Below are positions 37,015 to 48,926 of a stretch of DNA of 64,000 nucleotides, one piece after another. The notes beneath the pieces were generated by a model, which made no database searches, was not told the DNA's origin, and saw nothing but the letters and a program-made list of their open reading frames with translations. The position numbers and the translations under genes were made by a program. How positions within the stretch are numbered: the stretch's first letter is position 1; each line of letters opens with the position of its first letter. This DNA is from Vairimorpha necatrix (Eukaryota): NCBI GenBank assembly GCA_036630325.1, contig CP142731.1, positions 620,001 through 684,000 of the forward strand. The letters run 5' to 3'.

Positions 37015-40000
37015 TGTGGTACCCACCACATAATTTTTACATTTCTTCTATTTTTTATTTATCTCAATATTTAACAAAAATGAATTTTCTAGAAATTATT
37101 GTTTATAAATAAAAAATATTCAAAAAAGGGTACGACAAAATGATAATGAACAAGAATAATATTAATTACAACAAAGGCAACATAGGAACCACAAAGATGA
37201 GTTCCGCCCCTAATAAATCATTTAAAAAACAAACTTACATCCACTCCCTGTTGGAGCAATATTTTCGTTTTGGCTCCCTCACTAGAGGGTACAACAATTT
37301 GAATATAAATGATAAGAAAGCGCAACAAGACGAGAAAAAATTTAATAAAAAAAGGTACAATTTGAAGTCCCAATACCAGGGCAAACTAAAAAATTTATAG
37401 AAGAAATCGAAAAAATAGATAACCTAAGCCAAGCTGACCTATTAGGCTGGTTTAAAAAATTCGATAAAATCAGGATTGGAAATAAATGGAGCGACGAAGA
37501 CTTGCAGATAATTATGAGCCATTTGATTACAGATATAGACGTTGACACTGACATTTTTACCAAGAAGTATATTACTATCAAAGAGCTGCTTAGAAGTGGT
37601 CATCAAGAAATTAGAAAAAAACATATCAAAGTAATTACACCACAATCAAGGAATTTGTACAAGAGATAAAGACATGTTTGAAAGTATATGCCTCATTGAC
37701 AAAAATAAACAAAGCTGAATATACGAGAAGCCTACAAGAACATTTCATCAATAATTTGGGAAGAGCTACAAAGATGCAGCTACAGATTTTAAAAAAAGAT
37801 GATGATTTTGATACGATCGTTAATTATTTGACTCAAGTTGAGAAGAAGCTATTAAACTCGCAATTGGAAGAAGAGATCCAAAATTTGAACATTTCAAACC
37901 TACAATTAGAAAAATCAGGAGTATTTTCTAGCCAAAAGAGTTGGAAAGAAAATGGACGCGTCATCAAAGACAATATAAAGAATAATCTTACCCAGAGAAG
38001 AAGGATATAAAAAACACGAATATAGAAAATAGAATGAAAACAGAACGACATAATATTATGTTGCATGAACCCAAAGAGGTCATTCCGGATATATATGTTA
38101 AAATTAGATTAGATAATTCAGAAGAGGTATTGATTTAATAGATTCCGCATCAACAAGAAACATCATAAGGGAAACGCTAGTGGATAAGCTAAAACTTACT
38201 AAAGTAGAAAATAAGGAAGTTAATTTAAAAATAGGAAACAGTGAAGTAATTACATTGAGCGAGACAGTAGAAACGAAATTCAAAATTCCAGGAATACAAG
38301 AATCATTTAGATCGGAATTTTATGTGATGAATAACCCAGGACATCCTTTAATTTTAGGGAATGTTTTTCTAGCGAATAATGGTAGCATAATCGATTATGC
38401 TAAATACGAATTACGAGTGAGAAGAGAAAAGACCCCATTACTATATACGAAACAAACGGAAGAAGAAAAAATAACGGAACCAGACAAACTCTTTTTTTAA
38501 AAACTTTAATTATCAGAACGAAATTACACCCGAACAGGATTTTTTAAATAAATTACTTAATAATTACTTGTATCAACTGAATGTGAATCGGCCAATTAAA
38601 ATGAAACCAATTAAACTAAAATGTACGAACGAAGAAATAGTCACAGCGGTACATGACCGTTTGGAACCCGCTTTGGGAAAATGAACCCGCATTGAAAAAA
38701 TTCAAAAAAAGGGAAAAATAAAAAAAATTATAAAAAAGGGAAAAATAAAAAAAGGACTTAACGATTTATTTTAAATAATGACAGAAGACAATTTATCCGG
38801 TGATTTTTGGGAATTTGGAAAGCCCAGTGAAACTGTAAAAGGTACTCATAGTGTTCTTCTTTGTTTTGTTAGATCGAATTTCTTATAGAAATGAGCGAAA
38901 ACCAACTAAATTATATGGTGTTGTGAATTAGAATCGCTAGAAGTTATAGCATTTATGGAGGGTTTCTTAGTACTGTGCTCCATCCCTTTACTTAGCTAAT
39001 GTGGCATCATATGCTATCCATTGATTAGAGATCATAATAGAAACAGGTTATACATTTCTTGTATTACCTCAAGGAAAAAGCAGTATGCCTACTAGTTACA
39101 GAAACGAGCAAGGCGACTACTCTTCAGCATCAAATGTTTCCAAAATAAAATTTTCATTTATTTCCATGTTTAAAAACATTTCATCACTAAAAAGCTAATC
39201 TTCTTCAACAAACATTGTTTTTGCCAATTTTGCCATTTTTTTGAAGGGGGGTCCTTTAAAATTTCAATGCGGGTTCATTTTCCCAAAGCGGGTTCCAAAC
39301 GGTCATGTACCGTCACAACTTATAAAAATTACCCGGTGCCAGAAATATTTAAAGAAGCAGCATATGAAGAAATACAGCGATTATGTAGTGAAGGCATTAA
39401 AGAAAAGTCAGAAAGCACAATAACGTCTCCTGCATTCTTAATCTATGTGAAAAACGGCCAAGTCAGACTTGTTGTTGATTATAGATATATAAATAACTAC
39501 ATAGTAGATGAACCGTGTGCTATTCCTAATATTTTAGAAAGAATAAAGTCTATAGGATCAAAAAAGATCTTTTCACAAATTGATTTAAAAAATAGTTTTA
39601 ATCAAATCCCATTAAGCGAACACTCGAGACACCTAACCACATTCGTATTATTTAACCAAAGATTTCAATATACGAGAATACCTTTTGGGTTAAAGTTGGG
39701 TCCAAAATTATTCCAAAGTCTAATACAAGAAGTTTTGGCCAACATAAAAAAATATATTTGTGTACATTGACGATATAGTCATTTTTGCAGGTACTCTTGA
39801 AGAACATGGCCGAATATTAATCGAAGTCATTGATAAACTAGGGAAAAGTAATATATTAATTAATCTTGAAAAGTCAAATTTCTACAAAGATAGAACCACG
39901 CTTTTAGGAATTAACATCTCAAGTGACGGAATAGAACCAGTAGGAAAATATCTAGAACATCAGATGTTTAAAGCAAAAATAAAAAGAAGAAGCAACTGCA

Positions 40001-41619
40001 ATGTTTAATAGGAGTGCTTAATTGGTACAGACCATTCTTAAACAATTTGAGTACTAGAATTCATGAAATACAGAATTATTGAAGGTATATAATATTACAC
40101 TGTCAGAAAACCATTATGAAATAATACGTGAAATTGAAAAGGACATAAAACAAAAAACTACGTTAAAATTTCCAGACTACAACAGAAAATTTAATCTTGA
40201 ATGCGATGCCTCAGATACAGGGATCGGCGCAATATTGTATCAAGAACACGGCATTTTAGGATATTATAGCAAGAAGCTAAACGATACAGAAAAGAACTAT
40301 TCCATAGTAGAGAAAGAGTTATATGCCATAGTAAAGGCAATGATCTTTTTTAGAAATACAATACAAGAATTTTATACAATAATCTACTCAGACAGCCAAA
40401 ATTGCATCACTACAAAACCATCAACGTCGACAAGAATGAAAAGATGGCAGCTACTTTTAGCAGATTTTAATATGGATCTTAAGAAAATATTAGGCAATAA
40501 GAATAGGATAGCGGATAGTCTGTCGAGAATGGCAATTTTGAGCGAAATAAAAAAACGCCAAAAGAGAAAAAGTATAAGGAAACAGTAAAACAGTTTATAA
40601 CGGAAGAAAAAGATGAAAATAACAGATACATAATAGATAAGAACAAAGGTTTTGAATTTATTAATTATATACATGAACTCGGCGGACACGTAGGTAGAAC
40701 AAAAACTTATAGCAATATTTACAAATATTATAAGATAGACAATATTAAAGCTTAAGTCGCTGAAGTGTGGTCGAGTTGCAAAAAATGCAACTTTTTTAAG
40801 ATACAAATTGAGAGAAAGAAACCAAATATTAAAATGTATTCAAAAAAAATGTTTGATAAAATATCGACGGATACTTCCGGACCGTTTTATTTAGAAGAGA
40901 TAAAACACGACAGTACACAGGAACAAGGTTATTTTATTACCATAACTGATATATATTCTAGAGTAACGGAAATATATTTCACATATAGTGCTACTGGTGA
41001 AGAAGTAGTTAGATGTTTTAAAAAATGGATTAAAAAGTATGAGAAGCTGAGAATTATTATCTCAGACAATGGGACGGAATTTAGAAATAGTGTAGTAGAA
41101 TAATATCTTTTAAAAAATAACGTGAAACAGATATTTATTCCTCCTTATGCACCGTGCGCTAACGGAATCAGTGAAGCTATCAATAAGACAATTTCTGAAG
41201 TAATTAAAATGAAAGAAAATAAGGATATAAAAAAATCACAAAGCGAATCATTTTTAGATTGAACAAAAACAATAATCAAGGATTAGGAATATCACCCAAC
41301 TCACTTTTACGCGGATACAACTTCTTCGATTTAGATCAGAAACAAGTAGCATATAGAAACACGGATAAAGAAATGGTAACTATTGGAAAATATTATGTTG
41401 GACAGGAAGTATATATAAAGAATCATAATCAGCAATTAACAAGCCAGGAATACACAGGACCCTATAAAATAAATGAAATAGGTAAAATGCAAAGATGGAT
41501 CAAGGTTGACAACATAAATGTTTGGATCCATGTGAGGAATATAAAGCCTTGAGAGAAGCGGAATGTGGTATCCTAACACATAATTTTTACATTTCTTCTA
41601 TTTTTTATTTATCTCAATA
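37015..41619 (+). mobile_element. Gypsy element I (degenerate, 3' LTR truncated)
   Basis: 5' LTR 37015-37296; gag, PR IDSAS, RT YIDD, RH CDAS, IN SDNG; PPT gagagaagcggaa; 3' LTR 41564-41619. Confidence 0.92.
38648..39311 (-). mobile_element. Second copy of the Merlin derivative, opposite orientation
   Basis: Same TIR; TSD gtcacagc/gtcacaac; internal sequence is the reverse complement of 34702-35430. Confidence 0.88.
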
Positions 41620-41650
41620 CTAGCGTATGCTTTCCCGTTTTAAAAACGGG
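41620..41650 (-). mobile_element. Helitron-type 3' terminus
   Basis: Hairpin cccgtttt-a-aaaacggg 10 nt from a terminal CTAG; inserted at an A|T site of the element I LTR with no TSD. Confidence 0.7.
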
Positions 41651-42137
41651 ATTAATATATTTTGTTTATGGCATGTACTTCCTCCTATATTTTTTGAGTT
41701 TCCATTTTTGGTTTGAAAAAGAAAAGGAAAAAGTATGTTTTTAAAACACTTTTTATGAACATTTAAAGAGTACAATGAAGTTGAAAACACTTATGAATCT
41801 CAATGAAATATGTTTAAAACTATTTAAGTTCAGTTTTTGACACTTACATTCAATTTCTTCTTAGTTAATTGTTTTTAGGAATTTTCGTAGAAGGGTTAAA
41901 TAAATTCTAAAAAACGATTCTGACGATATTTTGGTTTGAGTTTCACAAAAATAATGATTAGAATAAAAAAAAGCAGTAATAAATAGTATATGCACTTAAA
42001 ATTATTAAATTGAAACAATAACCCCAATAACACTATTTTTAAAACTTAATAAGACCAAAACAAATAGTTTTGAAATTTCCAAACCACAAAAAAGAGAGGT
42101 AAAAAATTAAATAAAATTCTTTTATATATATTGTCTT

Positions 42138-45100
42138 ATGAAAAAAATGAGGGTAAGGACAGAGCAGGAGGAAGAAACCGAAAAAATTACAAAACAAACC
42201 TCTATAGCAAACATAGACAAAGTAGACACAGAAGAGAAAGAACAGGGGCCAGAACACACTAGTGTGCCCACTCAATCCACTTCTGAGACTCTTGCAGCAG
42301 TACTTGTGAGTACCGAAGCGAGTGAAGAAGAGTGGCCTCAAAGAGTATTTCTATCAATCATAAATAGATTTGGTAGAATACCAAGAGGAGGGTGGAATAA
42401 AGCTACCGAGTTCTTCTGTGGGAAATTTGGGTCTAACATGAGTTCACTAGAATTCAAGGGCAAAGCGAAGAAAGCACTCACTAGTAATAGGGGTAGACAA
42501 ATGACGGCCCGGGAATTTTTAGTGAACCCTGCCAAAAGAAGAAAAGCCGAAGCTGGCTCGAAAGAAGGGAATAGTCTCTTTGAAACCGAGCTCTTTCTGA
42601 AAGCACAAAAATTGTTCTTGGAGAAACTCGGTTGTATTCAGAACACATGTGTCGACCAGGTAGAAAGAACAAGGAAGATTTCTTCCTTGAAGGTTGATCT
42701 GTTGAAACTTGATGCTACAGTCAAGGCGGTAGATAGTCATGTTAGATACCACCCCCCTCATAACATGACAGAGATGGCAAGGGTACTGCAAGCTGCACAG
42801 ATCTGCTATCAGGAAATGGCCAGTAAGAAGCCTAAACCTTCGTCTTGGAAAGAAAGTATCTTGAAAAAGATTACTGAGATCAAAGACAAGGTAGTGCTTA
42901 TCAAAAAGGCCAGGGCTTTTGATAAACTCTCAAATGAGGAAAAGCGTGAAGTCAAGAAGGTAATGCGTGAACTCAACATGCTTGCATTCTTACACCGAGA
43001 TACTTCTGAAGCTATTGCTATACTCAACGAGAGGAAAGCCATATACTGAAGGAAGCTAGAGGTCGCAGACCGACGCAGAGAGTATAGGCGTGAAAATTAA
43101 AACTTTGAGCTATATAGAAGCAATTTCTATAGAAAACTCAAGTGTGCCAATGAGGTTACTCATAAAGTAAGTAAAGAAGACATTAGTTCATTCTGGTCTA
43201 CCATGTGGAATAAGAAAGAGCAATCCGAAGACTGCAATAGTTTCGAGGAGTATCTTCTAGAATACATTCCCGATAGCCAAGATCAGATCACTTTCCTAAC
43301 CTTGCAAGAATTTGTAGATATTATTAAATATTTACCAAATTGGAAGGCTGCAGGCTGTGATGGAATCTTCAATTTCTTTATTAAGAAGTGTGCAGCTCTA
43401 CATCCATTCCTTTACAAGATTGTTAAGGAAGTATGCCTGGATGGGAAAGAACCCGAAGCTTGGTTCTACAAGGGGATTACTTATTTAATACCCAAAGCTA
43501 CTCCCACTAGTGGTAATGACTTCAGGCCTATTACCTGTATGTCGAACCTCTACAAGCTTACAACGAAATGCACTACGAGAGTAATGCAGCTAATTGTAGA
43601 AAGTAGAGGGCTACTAGCAGAGAACCAACTAGGGACAGTTAGACAAGTCCAAGGAGCAAAAGAGCAAGCTATGGTTAATATAGCAGTCAATAAGGAGCAT
43701 GGAAACAAGCTGAAGACTATGTGGATAGATGTAAGGAAAGCCTACGACTCCGTAGACCATTCTTATCTATTAACATGTATCAGCAAGTTGAATCTCCCTC
43801 AATGGATAAGTAAATTCTTAGAAGTCACGGTTAAAAGGTGGCAATTGAGATAAAATCAGGATCGGAAACGATACTGAATAAGAAGATTGAAAGAGGCATA
43901 TTACAAGGTGATTCCTTGTCGCCGCTTTTGTTTGTACTATGTATGGACCCGTTGAGCAGGAAACTGAATTCAACTTACCCAAAAGTAGGAATACAGACTC
44001 ACGAAAGTGTTTATGTAACAAACCATCTTCTATTTATTGATGATCTTAAGCTCCTCGCAGAGAACGATGACGTTTTAAAACTGATGAAAAAGGAAACTAA
44101 AAAGTTTTTCTCTGCTGTAGGTTTAGAAATGAACAGGAGTAAGTCTGCAACTAACTGTAGTGATTGTAGTGAAGATGCAGTAGTACTAGAAGGGCATCAG
44201 GGATACAAATACCTTGGAATAACAGAAGATGCCTCTAGTGCTATCAAAAGAGAGACTTTTGAAAAAGTGAGAAGTGAGATCCTACAGAGGGTTGAAAAAC
44301 TGTGCAAGACTCAATTAAATGGTAAGCATACGATTCGAGCTATAAACGAGCATGCAATATCAGTAATAAACTATCATGTAGGATTATTAAAATTAGAACC
44401 AATAGATTTCAAAAGTCTCGATTTTGATATCCGACAGGTACTTATCAAGTACCAGGTCCATCTACAGCCAGCCTGCAAGGAAAGACTATACCTTCCTAGA
44501 TCCGAAATGGATAGAGGCCTCATAAGTATCAAAGATAGAAGCGAATTTATGCTTCTGAATATTTATAAAACGTTAGATGGGTCTAGAAATAGCTCACTAA
44601 GACGGGCAGCGATACTTAAAGTAGAGGCGGAGAGCAAATCCCACTTGTTTACAATAAACGAGTATCTAAGGATTAGGTATAGCTTTGTAGGAGAGATAAC
44701 CCAGAAGATGCTAATAGAATCCCAAAAAGAGGCGCTTTACAACAAAATTAACATAGGGACAAACCATGGAAAGTTGTTTAAAGCTTAGGACAATGATTTA
44801 GTGTGCATTAGGGACTCTTCTACCTGGCTGTTTAAAGGAGACAATCAGGCTAGATCCGAAGCAATTTACTGCTTCCTACAGGATAGAAATATCTTCTGTG
44901 GACAAGAGGGACAATGTCCCCATTGTGGATCTCATAGGAAGACCGTGGATCATTTAGCTACCAAGTGTGATCGAATGTTGGGTTTTGATTATATGAAAAG
45001 ACACAACGAGGTAGTTAGATGCATTCATCTCTTACTATGTATTAAATATGGGTTTAAGAAGACAAAGAAAATACGTTGGACTTTCAGTACAAGAGATCAT

Positions 45101-45575
45101 GGAAAATGATCGTGCTGAAATAAGAGTAGATACGAGAATATCTACTAATATAAAGGTAACCCATAATAAGCCTGATATTCTTGTTTTTGACAAGAAGAAG
45201 AAAGAAATTTTAATAGTTGAAGTTGGTATAACCAACCAGGATCGACTTACTATAGTTGAGAATGAAAAACTAAGAAAATATGACCTTCTTGCAAATGAAC
45301 TGGGACTAATACATAAATCCCAGACAAGAATAGTTCCTTATGTAATGACATGGGATGGAGTGGTGACCAAATATCACAGAAAGTACATCAGGGAGCTAGA
45401 AATCCAACCCTACCTGGAAGCATATATCCAGTCTATTGTGATGAAGAAGACTCTAGAGTCCATCTCTTTGGAACGACGACGAGGATACGATCAGGAGGAT
45501 GCAGGAGAAGAAGAAGTGGCTAGAGCTGTAAGCGCACTAGCGAATATGGTGACTGTTAAAGAGTGGTGTCGGTAA
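42138..45575 (+). mobile_element. Non-LTR retrotransposon of the restriction-like endonuclease type (R4/Dong-like), disrupted ORF
   Basis: WKAAGCDG, FRPITC, GILQGDSLSP, LFIDD, CPHC..H..C, RHNEV, KPDILV..IVEV..KLRKY. Confidence 0.92.
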
Positions 45576-45736
45576 AGGGGAATGAAGCTGCTAAAGTGAA
45601 GTTGGAAAACATTAATAATTCCACAGAAACCAAAGTCTGTGAAGAGCTGAATCCCATGAGCGATACCGGGGAAAGCTGTGCTATGAATATCTAATCTTAA
45701 TGATAAATTAACTCAATAAATCTTTTATATATATAT

Positions 45737-48700
45737 TGTCTTTATTTATCATAATGGGGATAGAAATTATACAAATATATCACATCCCCCCTCAAGACGG
45801 TTAGTCTCATCTAATTTTCACATCTACCCCAAGCATACCCTTCAGATCATAATGTCTCTTCTTCACAAGCCTACCATTACTAAGTTTTACAATATAAGAA
45901 TCCTTTCCACACTTTTCAACAATTTTTCCTGTATCCAAAAATCTTCCTTTTTCATACTTATTAACACCTGCCAAATTTTCTCGTTTAGCTATTCTTACCA
46001 ATTGACCTTTATTAAATTTTTCGATCTTTCCTTTTCCAAACCTATTACAATATTTCCCTATAGGGCTATTTTCAAGCATTACGTCTCCAGTTTTATCTTC
46101 AGTCGCTTCTAATGGTGTACATTTTATTCCCGTATGATAGCTCTGATTATATATATCGATACTTTTATACACTTCACCTTCAAAAGTTTTCGCATCCGAC
46201 TTTAAAATACTTTCTCTCAAAGTTCCTATAACACGCTCTACTCTTCCGTTACTTCTATGCGCTTCTATACTTACTTGTCGGTGTATTATATCGAGATCTC
46301 TACAAAATTTTCTAAATTCCACGTTAATAAACTCTTTCCCGTTATCTGTAATAATTTCTTCTGGTTTCTTCCCTTGCTCACATAATCTTTTCAAAAATCC
46401 AACAACATTATTACTTGACTTGTTATTTATAACTACTCCCCATACTCTACGTGTAAAATAATCGATAGCAACTAAAACATATTTCTTCTCATTTCTAAAG
46501 TCTATCAAATCTAATGCAACCTTCTCTAAGTATCTCGACGTATCTACAAATTCACAACCACCCATATTTTTCCTGTTATATATCTGACAATTCTGACACT
46601 GTTTTATAACCTCGTTTATTTCTTTTTTTACTCCTGGCCAATAGTATTCTTCTCTCATTGCATAATAAACACTTGTCATGCATCTGTGGCCTACTTTTTC
46701 ATGATATTCTTGGATTAATTGTCTCCTTATATTCTCAGGTGGTATTTCAACTTTACGTCCTGAGTCAAATTGCCAATATTGCTTTCCATTTACCTTCTGT
46801 TTGCTTGATTGTTCGCTCTTTATTTTTCATTTATTTAATATCCTCTTCCATATTTATTCGACTCAACGCATCTGCTACCACCATCCCATCGGGTTTTTTA
46901 TATTCAACGATAAAATCATATTCCTGTATCTTCTCGATTGAACGATTTATTCTGTTATTATTGAAAAACGGGTTATTTCTTATCTCCACCAGTGCTTTGT
47001 GATCCGTTTCTATCTTGAATTTCCTACCCCTTAACTCGTATTTAAATTTATCAATGACCCAATATATCGCAAGCATTTCCTTTTCTGATATTCCATATCT
47101 TATTTCGGTAGGTGTTAGCTTTTTAGATGCCCATTGTATAGCAACCCATTCCCCATTCTCACTCTTCTGAAGTAACACCGCACCCAATCTCAAATTGCTA
47201 GCGTCTGTTCTTAGTATGAACTCCTTATTATAGTCCGGTAATCTTAGTCTTCTCCTATTTCTTAACATATTTTTCATTTTAGTAAATTCCTCTTTCATCT
47301 CTTCCGTAAATTTCCACGAATTGCCATTTTTCTTCAAACTATCTGTCATTTTCAACGTCAGCCCGGCATAATCTTTTATAAATGGTCTGAACCATCCAGT
47401 CAATCCTAGAAACCTCCTCAATTCCGTCAAAGTTTTTGGATCCGGATACTCCAAGGCTTCATTTTTCTTTATTTCGTCGGCCGTCATGTCTATTCCATTC
47501 AGCGTAACACCTAATAATTTTACTTCCGCTTGTCTAAACTGTATTTTCCCAATATTTAATTTCATTTTATTTCTCTTAATTCTTTCTAAAACCTCTATTA
47601 CTAATTCATCGTGTTTACGTTTATTGTTGGCATGTATTACTATATCGTCCATGTATACCTCATCACCATTTCCCCGCAAATCTTCAAAAATCATATTCAT
47701 CGTTCTCTGTAGTATCTGTGGGGAATTTTTGTATCCCATCACCATACTATTCCATTCGTAAACTTTTTTATTAAATTCAAACGCCGTCTTATGTTTATCT
47801 TTTTCTTCGATTTCAAAATGATAAAATGCTTCTTTTCAATCAACAACAGTAAATATTATCGACCCTTGCGTAGCTCTTATTATTTCTCTCATATTCGTTA
47901 GCTCATACGGGTCTTTCTCGACTAAATCATTCAACCCTATAAAATTACTAACTACTCTTACTTCACCACTTGGTTTAAGTATCGCTCTTATTAAGTTCCG
48001 CCATTCCGAAGACGATCTTCTTATAATTTTTCTATTTTCTAAATCATTAATATATTCCTCAGTCTGTTTGATCAAAGCCTGTGGGATCGTCTGTCCCTTT
48101 CTGACTATCTTCTTACCCTCTGGAGTATCTATCTTACACTTCTCTAATGTACAATAACTTATAACCTCATCTCCTTGTTTAAAAACTTCTTCATATTTCG
48201 CTTTGAGATCTTCCAACGTAAATTCCCTCTTCAGTAATCTTCTTTTCGTCTCTTTATTGCTCGCATATATTTTTTCTTTATGTCTTCTATCACTATTATT
48301 ACATTCCTTTAACTTAACTCGTTTTGTCTTTCCACTTGGTTTATATTCTTTATTATCATTACTGCTACTACAACTTTGGTTTTCGTCTAAATTTAAGTAC
48401 TTATTAAACTTTTTATTATTTTCCTGATTATTGTTCCTTCCTAAATAGCAGTTCCTAGCCATATGGCCAAATTTACCACAATTAAATCAATTCCTATTAT
48501 TTCTTATTTCTTGTACTGTACTCCTTAAAACTAAATCTTTCTCTTGAATTTCTTTTCTCACAGTTTCTCAAACACCCACAGCTATGACCTCCATAAGTTC
48601 TCTCCTATTTTCTTCTTCTTTTTTAGTTCTTTCTTCTCTACATATTTCCTCCTCTAATTTCTCAATTATTTTATAATAGTCGTCCTCTTTACTAATTCTT

Positions 48701-48926
48701 TCTACCATGAAATTTTTTATTTCTTCACTTCCTTCCATAAATATTCTCTGCTTCCACAAACTGATTTCTACTTCCTCCATCTCCAACCTATACATTATTC
48801 TTCTGACTTCCTTTAATAACTTTTTGGCCTCTAGACCACAGTCCACACTTGTAAACTGACGATTCGGTATCGCCCCCATGTCTTTATTTATCATAATGGG
48901 GATAGAAATTATACAAATATATCACA
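45737..48926 (-). mobile_element. Mini Gypsy element J (3190 bp)
   Basis: Identical 48-bp LTRs (45737-45784, 48879-48926); PBS TGGGGGCG (tRNA-Pro-like); PPT gagggggga; RT YMDD, RH and IN; flanks tatat/tttat. Confidence 0.95.
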
